64,000 nt of DNA from Lama glama (Eukaryota). This document shows, in pieces, positions 44,901 through 54,344 of the stretch (positions are counted from its first letter, which is position 1; each line of letters begins with the position of its first letter). Location of the stretch: contig CM052819.1 in assembly GCA_028534125.1 (NCBI GenBank), positions 106,454,001 to 106,518,000 on the forward strand, written 5' to 3'. A program made the translations under genes and the position numbers. The notes beneath the pieces are model-generated. The model did not search any database and was not told where the DNA came from. It saw only the letters and a program-made list of their open reading frames with translations.

Positions 44901-47900
44901 GACAGGGACACGCACAGCTCTGCACAAGGGAAGGTCAGCGAGACGACCCTTCCTTCTGGTGCCGCCAGCATTTCCAACTACAAACAAACTTCTGGAGTTA
45001 CCTTTTAACTGGGAAACCGAACCAGCCAGAGAAAAATCAATCTACTGCCGTCAGCCTGACCTGATGTGGCCGGAAGCAGCCATGTGGCGAGGGCCAGGGA
45101 CAGGAGGCAAGGAAGCCCAGGCCGTGGGGAAGAGCTCTCCAGACCCTCCCCAGCCCTGGGCCTCTCGGATCCCCAGGGCCCAGAGCCCGGACAACTGGGG
45201 GCCCCAGGGAAGGGAGGCCCCTGGTGTGCCGCACAGCTGCCAGGCCAGGCCCCACTGGCCAGGGCACTGTCTCCCCTGTGAGGGAGACTCCAACCCACCG
45301 TCCCTGGACAGCAGGGCTGTGCCCTCAGGACAGCCCCTGCCCCACAGGCGCAGCTGCACACACAACCGTGGCCCGAGCCCACATGGCCACGGGGCGCTCT
45401 GCCCACCCTGCTTGGTTGGACACTCCCCGGTTCCGGCCTGGGGACTGGGGGCGGTGAGCCTGGAGAAGCAGAGCCAGGACCTGCCTGCCTGCATGGACAG
45501 AGGGCCAGAGGCTGCAAGGCTTCTCCCTGAAAGGCACCTCTAAACCCTGCCCCGGGAGCTGGCTCCAAGCAAGAGTCTCTCCTGCTCAGAACACCCCTTC
45601 TGGCCAGCTTAGGGCCATCAGGGCAGGGACCCTTGGACAGAGGCCAGGACTTCTCCACGCGGTCCACTGAGCCCCTGTGAGGCCCAGGCTCCCAGCAGAG
45701 GAGGCCGCGCCCACAGCGGAGGGCGGGGCAGCATGGCCCCTGGGGAGTCTGGGCCCCACCCTGCTGTGGGCCTGTCCGCTGGCAAATTCCAGTGCACTCC
45801 GAGAGGTCCTGCCTTGGCTGGAGCCACCCGGAGTCACACAGTGAGTGCCCCCCAGTCTCACGGCAGACAGGAATTCTCAAACTCTCCAGAAGGCAGAGAA
45901 CCTGCCCAGGGTCAGACGAGGGGCCTGGAAAGGGGCCACACACGCCAACACCAGCCTCGCCAGCTCCACCCTCGCTGGCCCTCCACAGAGGAGACAAACG
46001 GCAGTCACGAGCACCAGGGCCCATCCCAGGCAGAGGCCTGGCACGAGGACATGGGCTGGGGCAGCACGGCGGGATGCCAGCCCGTGTGGGGGACACCCAG
46101 GGCCAGTGAGCACGCCTGCCGAGGGACCTGCCCTGGGCCAGCCTCGGAGGCCCCGGCGTCCTAACTGAACTCGACCATGTCCTGCCTGGACCCAGGCAGC
46201 AGCCGCACAGGCCGGCACTGCAGCAGCCAGATTGTGGCCCCTGCCCCTGACCTTTCCCTCCCTGCTTGGGGCTTCTCCCTTCCTGCTCCTGCTCCCACTC
46301 AGGCCAGAGGGTCCGGCTGGAGATGCCCAGCCTGCAGCAGATTTGTGGTCTGGGTGCCGGGGAGAGGCAACACCCCTGGCTGGGTGGGCCCCTAGAGGCC
46401 AGGCCAGGACATCCCCCCAGAGGCTGCCCGCCTGGAGGAAGTGAGCCCGACACCGGGGCTCACCTGAGAGTGGACCGGGAGGCCCAGGCCCCGCTTGTCC
46501 GAGATGATGAGGGTGATGATGGTCTTGAGAACGGTGGCGAGGAATGTGTTGACTCCGAAGACCAGGGCACGGAGCTCGTGAGAAAGAGAAGACGCGATCT
46601 GAAAACTGGACAGGAAGAGTAGGCCGTGGTCAGGGGTCCAGCCCAGTGAGGGGCAAGACCGACCTCAGGCGCAGAGGAACCCAGCTCGGAGAGGCACTCC
46701 CGAGCCGCCAGTGGCTGCGAGAACTGCCGTGTGGTCCAGTGATCAGCCAGCTTGCTGAGGCTGCGGGTGACTGGCTAGATCAGCTGGGCACCTCTCCCAC
46801 AACAACTCACAAACCAAGTCCAAAATGCGACCTTGGGAAGACGGGTAAAGTCCTCTAGTAACTGTGGGACGGAGTAAGTCATAATCAGTATAGAGGTCTC
46901 AGAAAATCACCCTCGTGGGAGCGAGATACCAGCAGAACCCAGGCACAGACAGAGCACAAGGAAAACTCAAAGTCCTTGGTCGTTAAATGATTCAGTCAAT
47001 TAGGGAAAGAACAGGAAAACAAAGAAGGAAAGCCGGAGGAATTAATATGCTCAGAGCTTCCAGTCCTCAGCAAAGAAATTAACATTTGAACATACTTCGA
47101 ATTAGAATCCCCAGAGTGCCTGAGAAAACAAACCGGACAAGAAATGTTCTAAAGTTCTGAAAACAAAACCGAACAAAAATACCCAAGGAAGTCCTTAAAG
47201 AGAACGACCGAGGCCAAGGAGCTTCTGCTGGGGTGGAGAGGGCGGGGGGGGCCAAGAAATACACGAAAAGGCAGGATGAGGGTCACAGACAGACACACGG
47301 ATGGTGAGAAGAGAGCGGGTCAGGGGCCCCGACGACAGATTCACTGCTGGGAAGCTGGAGCCGGGCCAGGTCCCGCCGGCACAGGCAGAACGCCATGCCA
47401 CCCACAGGTGGTTTCAGATGGTGCTCCTCCAGCCCGGAAGTGGGACTGAGGGCACAGTAACTGGGTCACATCTGTGACAGAAGCTCCTATCACATATGGA
47501 GATAAGCACACTGCAGATAAACAGGGAAAAAAGGAATCCCAGCAGAAGAAGAACCCACAGACACAAACTGGCCACGACACCAGCGGGGAGCCAGCCCTGC
47601 CGTCACTAGGGAAAGACGACTGGCCCCGGCCACCCTCCGACACCCGCCGGGGCTGCGCACTGGCCGGGCGGGCACCTGCGACATCTCTGCCACCCTCCTT
47701 CTAAAGCGCATGCCCTTTAACCTCACCAATACCTGCTAGGACCTGCCTGAGGCCATTATCAGAATTTGGGAAGGAAAATGTAGGTGAGAGGAAGTGGCTT
47801 CAGTGTCGTCTGTCCTAGGAAACTATCAGGGCAGGTCCATCACCAAGAGGCCCAACTACGCACGCGCTCCGGACGGAGCCACGCGGCTACGTGCGGGGCA

Positions 47901-50900
47901 GGGGTGCAGAGTGACCCCCACGTGTCAGCGTCAGGACCCGGGTCTGAGGAGGACGCGTCCTCTTTACGCCTTTCTGTGTCCCATTTGATCTCTTCTGTAT
48001 CCGACTTGACCTTTCCTGCGTTGTCTGATCTTTCCACCACGCACACCTACGGTGCTTACAGTTAACAGGAGTCAGGACACTAGGTGGTCCTGAGAGAAGG
48101 GAGTGGAACACCTGGGGCCCTGGCGCCCCTCCCACAAGGCTGACGTGACAGGAGAGGGGAGTGAGCGACCAAAGGAAGTGCCTTCCAGGACATTCACAGG
48201 CTGAGAAAGCCGGGGGAAGGGTGGACAGGAGGGGAGGATGGAAGGCCAGGCCACACAAGGGAGTCAGGCCACCTGCCAGGAGCTAGCAGTGTGAGCGTGT
48301 ATGCTGTGTCCATGACTGCACATGAACACGTGTGAGGGATAAACACACGTGTGAGGGATAAACACACGCGTGTGGTGTGAACACGTGAAGCATGCGTGTG
48401 CAGCTTTCTGAGAGGTCTGGTTCAGAGAGTCACACAGAGGGCAGGAGTCAGCTGGACGTGGGCTGAGGAAGGTTCTGGAAGGCACAGACAGGTCAGCGGG
48501 CAGCTCTTGGGACGTCCCTGGGTGGGTGCAGGAGTGCCCCCAGGGGCATGAGGAATGCAAGGGCACCAGGGGAAGAGCCACCCTGGGCAGAAGGCCAGCT
48601 GGGTCACCCGGTCACTCCTGGGCATGAGCCACCATGCCCAGAGTGGGAGTGGACAGGCTCAAAATGGCCACAGGGCTACCTCAGATGAGAACTCAGATGC
48701 AGGGCCTGGAGGCTGGGAGGAAGGGCTTCCCGAAGTCTGGTCCCTGTGGACAGTGAGTGGCTTGGGGGGAGAACAGGGGACATCCACACGGACCGGGCTC
48801 CTTGCCTAGCCGTGAGGTTACAGTGGCTGGGACAGGAGGTGCTGTGGACAAGTGGCTCCCTGGCTAAGGGCGCCCAGGGTTCACGCTCCTCCCGGCTGAC
48901 TGGGACCACACCCAGACGCCGCTCCACACTGCCCAGCACACGCTCCTGCTGCTCCCCCGGAACCTTCTGGAAGGAGGCCTCTCGATACACACAGCACACG
49001 ACCTCCATCTGCTCGCACTCGGCCAGGCCCCAGGCCCTCGCACGGCCACCCGCATGGCCGCCCGCACGCCCAACTCACGTGGCGATGGGCACCAGGAACT
49101 GGTAGGAACCGCGGAAGAGCACGAAGGCCATGTAGCACAGCCAGATGCTGTCTGTCCTGTACATGAGGAAGACCAGCCCAGCCTGCACCACAGTCACCAC
49201 CGCGATGACCAGCTTCGCCCACACCGCCCAGCGGATCTTCACGAAGCCCGCCGCAAAGGAGGTGATGGCACCTGTGCGGGGAGACGAGCGCGTCACGACT
49301 GGCCTCGGGGGCGGCGGGGCGGGCGGGGCGGGTGGGCGTACCGAGCAGAGTGGAGGCGGCATCGGCCCCGCCGTTGTAGACCCTCGTGGAGTCCATGGTG
49401 GGGTTGACCACGTTCCACAGGATGTGCACGTAGTAGACGATGAGGTAGTAGCCGGTGGAGTTGAAGACCCACCAGAGGGACCAGAGGCGCAGCTGCGGCA
49501 GCCGCAGGTTGTGGCCCAGCTCCCGGACCATGCGCGCAAGGGCCGAGTCCCGCCAGGCCGCCGCGGGCCCGGGCTTGCCGCCCGCGGGCTGGCCCGGGCC
49601 CGGGTTCATCTGGTCCAGCTCGGAGGGCGAGGCCTCGGTGGGCGCGCTGCGGTTGAAGAAGAGGCTGCGCTTGGGGCGTCTCAGGAAGAGCGCAAGGACC
49701 AGGCTGAAGGTGAGGAAGGCCAGCGAGATGTAGTTGAGTGTGGAGAAGGGGACGCGGCCCATGGTGACCAGCAGCTGGCCCAGCACGGAGCTGGTGAAGA
49801 CGCCGAGCAGCACCGCGGCCCGCGAGTAGCCGGCCACGCGCTGGTAGTGGGCGGGGGGCACGAGCGAGAAGACGTAGGAGGAGTAGGCGATGCGGGCGGC
49901 CATGGTGATGCTGAAGAAGAGCTCCATGAGCTGCATGTGCAGCACGGACGAGCCGAACAGCAGGAGGAGCCACACGGACACGTAGCTCAGACCCTGCAGC
50001 AGCAGCACCGGCTTGTAGCGCAGGTAGTCGGTCAGCAGGAAGATGGGCACCAGCACGGCCAGGTAGGAGTACGACAGCACCGGCGTGATCTCGTTGGTGA
50101 CCTGCGTGACACGGAGGCTCGTGACATGGAGGCTCGTGACCCCGGCCTGGGGGCCGCCCTGACGCTCCAGCCACCTGCCACGTGAGAGCTCCGCCCACAC
50201 CCCACTGCCCCCTGTGCCCTGTACGTGGGCCCCCTGCCAGAACTACGCCATGGGCGCCAGCCTCTGAAAATGTGCAGCCCCTTCGGGCCATCCAGGGCAG
50301 CCAGGGAAAAGCCTGACCCCCAAACCACGCTCTGCCCTGAACCCACCCCCACGGGCTTGCTTCTCATGCAGCAGCTCAGTACTGACACCTGCAGACTCCC
50401 ACTGTAAACCACACAGAGTGAGGACACAATTGCCTACAGAGAGCTTGCAATTACCCTGTGAATCATTGGTAATTACGTGTTGTCGTGCGAATCCAGACTT
50501 AGCTGTCTTAATGAGACTAAAACATGATGTGATCTCACCTAACGACATGAGTCTAACAGCAAGGAAAACAGAGTCATAACCAAGTCGCGCTCGCACTGAC
50601 ATGGCCGCCTCGGTCACGGGAGGAGAGGCAAAAGCGAGGGGCAGCGAAGAGGCCAGGAATACAAAAGGTGAGTTCACAGGACGGGTCATGCAGAACACGC
50701 AGGAAGGGAAGGAATGACAGAGGAAAGGAGGGCAGGGGACAGGAGGGGACGGCACAAGGGACACTTGGGAGAAGGGCCCCACAGCCACCCCACACTGGCC
50801 ACACAACAGGCAGGGCTGGGCCCTCGCCCCCACTCATCAGGCAAACTAGGACACGCGTCCTGATGGGGCCAGGACTCCTGGCTTCGCCAGGGGAGCTGCC

Positions 50901-53900
50901 CACAGCCTCGACCATTCAGTTCTCCACACAGACGGAGCCAGCCCGGCAGGACACTCCCTCCTGGTTATGCAGGGCAGGGGCACAGCCAGACGCACTCAGG
51001 GCGAGAGCCAGATGTCCCCCTGGTGGCCTGGGAAGGACCACCCCAGGCCCACTCTGCAAGCACCAGTACCAGCTCAGGAGAGGCCCAGTTCTCGGCCTCG
51101 CCCCATTTCTAGGGGATGGACATTGAAGGTGCCCTGTGCTCGGAGCTCCTCCCGAGGCCCAGGGGGGTCCACCTACCTTTCCTAACCCCACCTGACCCTG
51201 CCCTGAGCCCCGGGGTAGCATCAGGTGAGCCCTGGGCCTCCCTGGGCTCTCAGAGGCTCCGGCCTCCCTCGGGTCCCACCTGACAGCCTGCAGGGCTGCG
51301 AGGCAGCCCGCCCTCCTGCCCAGGCCCTCTGCCAGGTGGCCTCCTGACCCACGGGCCCACCAGGAGGCAGGGCTGACCTGAAAGGCTGCAGCCCCCAGAA
51401 CACTGAGCACTGAAGGCCCCCAGGACATCCGGCACAGCCTCGGGGCAGGTCCACGGGGTTCGCGGGAAGCTGACTGCTCAGCTCTGGTCCCAGAGCCTCG
51501 GGGCCAGCTGCAGGGCTGGACCCTGTTTACGGAAAATTCCAGGAACATCTAACAGCCCCTCAGTTGGTGAGACCTCTTGGCAGATGGCTTGCTCAGCTGC
51601 AAGGTTTCGGGGTCGGCACCGTGGGGTCAGTGCTGCGGGAGGCCAGCCAGTTTTCCTCCTCCGCCTCCCCACTCCCTCCTCTGCATTCCATGATCTGCTT
51701 TCCTGGGGCTGGCTGCCTCGGGCCAGGCGGGAGTCTGATCCACATCACGCTTGCGGGACTTGCTGGGAGCACGGTGCCCATGAAGACCCTGGGGTACGTG
51801 GCGTCTGTCAAGTGGCACGAGGCTGGCCTCCCACTGGCCTCCGCCCTGCATCACTGGGCCACGTTCCCAACACCTCTGTTTGGACAGGTCGGGTCGGGCT
51901 GACAGGCAGAAGTCGGGAGCTGTGCCAAGATCGGGACCCAGGCGGCTTCAGTCAGGAGGCTCGGCAGGGGCACACAGCAGCCAGGACGAGTGGGGGTGGG
52001 GCTCGGGGCAGAAGGAGGGGTGCCGGGGGTTCTGAGGGGAGCAGGCAGGGCCAGGGCACAGGTGACTCCAAATTCCAAGAGGAGCGGTGTCCAGGAGCCA
52101 ACACCTGGGGCGCCTAGAGGGGCGCTGAGTCCTGCCTGACAAGTGAGCAAGCCAGGACAGGCTGTCACGAGGATACTCCATGGCCCCACCAGAGATGGGG
52201 GGGAGGGTCAGCCGAGGGCCATGAAAGGAATGGAAGGGCCACTGTGGAGGCGGGCCCGCGGGGCTGGGAGTCTGCCCAGCAGCTTGGATGCAGACGCATC
52301 ACAGGTTCAAAGGAGCAAAAGCAAGCCTGGGACCCTCTGGGAGGTGCTTCGTGAAGCTGGGGAGGCCAAGGCTCCGCACAAACCAGAAGCAAACTCTGGC
52401 TGAATTAAAACACGAAGCTGCAGCAAAGGGGTCTCCTGACGCAAAGCGAGGGGATTGGTGCAGACCAGAGGCACCCGCACATGTGCAGTCCGGCTCCGCC
52501 AGCGCCAGGAGCCCCACAGGGAGAGGGCAGGCCGGTGGAGGCCATGCACCAGAGGCAGCCGGGGACGCGGGACCGGGGCCGAAATCAAGGAGACGCAGCT
52601 CCTCCAGTGGCCAGAGACCCTTCTGCTGCCCATCAGGTGGGCACAAGTCCAACAGCGCCTCGCCTCGCCACGCTGGCGCGAGGGAGTCAGAAGCCGGGCA
52701 CCCACCGCAGAGGCAGCAAGGCTCGACCTGGGGACCACAGGGCAGCAACGTGCAGTGGTGCTGCCCGGGGAGGACGAGCTGGAGGCCCCTGGGGACCCTG
52801 GAACAGGGTGGGCCCCTTGGGGTTTGATGCCACCAGGCCAGAGTCAGGCGGGACCTGCCCGAACCCGTGTGGGTGAGGTGGCAGCAGTGGCCCGGACCCC
52901 CAGGCTCCCCCAGGACCGGCCTCAGCCGCCCCTGCGGTCACGTCCGAAGCCTGGTGGGCGGCTTAGTTTCTGAAACCCACCACCTGATCAGCTAATGTGT
53001 GACCTGAGAGGGCAGGAAGGCGGGATTCGTCGCTCTTTGGCTTTGGAGATTTTCCTATTATTTTACCAGAGCGCCACCCACGGGCTCACTCCTGAGTAGT
53101 TGCAGTGGTGGGATGACAGCCCCTTTAAGGACAGAGCGCTTTTCTGGGGACACAGGCTGTCTGGCCAATCGGTGAGCCCGGGTGTGAGGGACGGTGGCTC
53201 CGAGGAGGAGGCCAGGGCCTGGGGGGCACAGGAGGCAACCCGAGGGCCCTGCCTGTCCCAGCTGATGGGCAGAGCCCCCCACCCGGGCTCACCTGGGAAG
53301 TGACCCCTCTGGCAGCTGTGCTGGCCGGGGGTGGCACGCACTCACACACATGCAGCTGGAAGCCTATCTGCTTCCCATGAGGGCTACTTAGAGGGGACAG
53401 GCCTCGTCTGCACGGCACCTCCATGTGACTTAATTCTGGGGTTGCTGAGGGCTGGGGGCCAAGCTCTCGCCACGGAGACAGGCAGGGGCTCCCTGGAGAA
53501 CTCAGGTGGCAGGTGGGCCCAGCAGGTGGGGTCCAGCGCCAGGACATGGGGTGTGGGGACCAGTGGCCATATGGGAGGGGACAGAAGGAGCTGGGGCGAG
53601 GGTGTGTGGCCCAGGGAGCGAACGGCACAGGCAGCCAGGGACCCCGCCATGGGGGGCGGGTGGGTCCTCAGGCAGGACAAGCAGGGTGGTGACCGGGACT
53701 CGGACTAGAGCCCTGACCATGCGCTCCATCAACCACCAGCCGCTGCGTCCTGTTCTGTTTTATTTTATGGAGACGGATCCCAGCGGGGACACCACCTGCG
53801 CTGCTTCTGTTCTGCGTGCGACCTGAGACTCACGTCCTGCGTGGGCTTGTTAGTCAGGTCTCAGTGAGACCCTGTGTCCTTGCTGCTGAGCAGAAGGAAA

Positions 53901-54344
53901 ATCCCTTCGGTAATCTCTCTGGGCAAATCGGCTTCTGCTGGGAGCAAGTGCCTGGCGGGTGGGCGGGGGCTTCTGGGCAGGCGGGCCAGCCCGCGGGGGG
54001 CACCGCTCTCACCTGTCCCTCAGAGCCCCACGGACTCCTCTGCCGGACCTGCCTTCGCTCTAAGCGGCCTGGGGTGAAGGTGACCACGGGGCTGGCGTGG
54101 AGCCCCAGCACCTGCAGCCTGCACCTCCCCCCCGCCCAGCACGGCGCCCACGTGCCTGCTTCTGCGTGAAGTTCTTGTCGGGGCCCAGGAGGTAGGGCGT
54201 GACGAAGCTCTCCCCCGGCCGCATCTGAGCCATGAAGCCGTAGAAGCACAGGTAGGACACCAGGCACCACCAGGACTGCGGCTCGCGGCCCGGCCGGGGC
54301 TCTGCGGGGCCCTGCTTCTCCGCCTCCCGGCCCGAGAGCGCCAT
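38639..54344 (-). CDS. SLC19A1: Reduced folate carrier (MFS-fold folate/antifolate/cyclic dinucleotide exchanger), complete CDS, 5 exons, 517 aa
   Basis: Exons of 189+760+193+142+270 nt = 1554 nt in one frame; motifs LCFYGFMAQMRPGESF, DKNFT, LLTDYLRYKPV, AARIAYSSY, FRGSYQ, FGVNTF. Confidence 0.97.
40195..42550 (+). mobile_element. Old L1M (MC/MD-like) ORF1 and ORF2-endonuclease region in the SLC19A1 last intron
   Basis: A-rich sense strand; L1 motifs CACCAGCAGGCCTGCCCTAAAAGAA, CTAAATATCAGTGGTCTAAAT, GATTAGCAGAGTGGATTAAAAAAC; frames broken. Confidence 0.85.
42620..42910. mobile_element. Internally deleted Tigger1 derivative (Tigger1a-like MITE)
   Basis: TAGTCTACTAAGTGTGCAATACCATTACGTCTAAAAAC...GCTAACCATCATCTG joined to TTGCCACAAATCTTCAATTTGTAAAAACGC; CAGGC...GCCTG ends. 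Confidence 0.75.
42938..43280 (+). mobile_element. MLT1-family MaLR solo LTR
   Basis: TGTTGTGAGCTGAACTGTG...ACACCTTGACCTCTGACTTCCAGCCTCCCGACTGT...AGTAAATG...TTTTGTCATGGCAGC. Confidence 0.85.
43285..44805 (+). mobile_element. Continuation of the old L1M (ORF2 3' part and 3'UTR), strongly GC-drifted
   Basis: CCATTTACAATTGCTC...AAATCTAACAAAAC, GACCTCATCAAATTAAA, GGGAGAAACCATCTGCAAACCAC; ends AAAATAAAG. Confidence 0.75.
46464..46605 (-). CDS. SLC19A1: SLC19A1 coding exon 4
   Basis: (T)FQIASSLSHELRALVFGVNTFLATVLKTIITLIISDKRGLGLPVHSQ|gtgagc, 142 nt. Confidence 0.95.
48326..48368. repeat. 19-bp tandem duplication ACACGTGTGAGGGATAAAC
   Basis: Two identical copies plus a partial third. Confidence 0.9.
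49079..49271 (-). CDS. SLC19A1: SLC19A1 coding exon 3
   Basis: (G)AITSFAAGFVKIRW...FRGSYQFLVPIA+2|gtgagt, 193 nt. Confidence 0.96.
49342..50101 (-). CDS. SLC19A1: SLC19A1 coding exon 2
   Basis: VTNEITPVLSYSY...ADAASTLL+1, 760 nt, cag|...|gtacgc. Confidence 0.96.
50105..50140. repeat. 15-bp tandem repeat x2.4 at an SLC19A1 splice acceptor
   Basis: CGTGACACGGAGGCT CGTGACATGGAGGCT CGTGAC. Confidence 0.9.
54156..54344 (-). CDS. SLC19A1: SLC19A1 coding exon 1 (exon spans 54156-54395, including 51 nt of 5'UTR)
   Basis: MALSGREAEKQ...LLGPDKNFTQKQ (63 aa); acceptor tccag|GT at 54395; donor CAG|GCACGT (GC type). Confidence 0.93.

Noticed and set aside
45005-46453. 482-aa minus ORF in the SLC19A1 last intron
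   Set aside because: Low-complexity G/P/R/C composition, no recognisable domain; expected by chance at this GC content.
46950-47800. A-rich patches resembling L1 ORF1 remnants
   Set aside because: Too degenerate to assign a family or boundaries by eye.
49145-50185. 346-aa plus-strand ORF
   Set aside because: Antisense to GC3-rich SLC19A1 exons; no independent features.
48881-50200. 439-aa minus ORF as a single-exon transporter
   Set aside because: Only 49342-50101 is RFC; the rest is intron read-through in the wrong frame.
39941-51370. CTCF-like motifs (CCACCAGGTGGTG at 39941, CCACCAGGAGGCAG near 51357)
   Set aside because: Each has a core mismatch, and such matches are frequent at this GC content; needs a PWM scan and ChIP data.
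54264-54266. Cys at codon 27, the site of the human H27R (G80A) polymorphism
   Set aside because: I recall Cys at this position in mouse too, so it is likely ancestral rather than novel.
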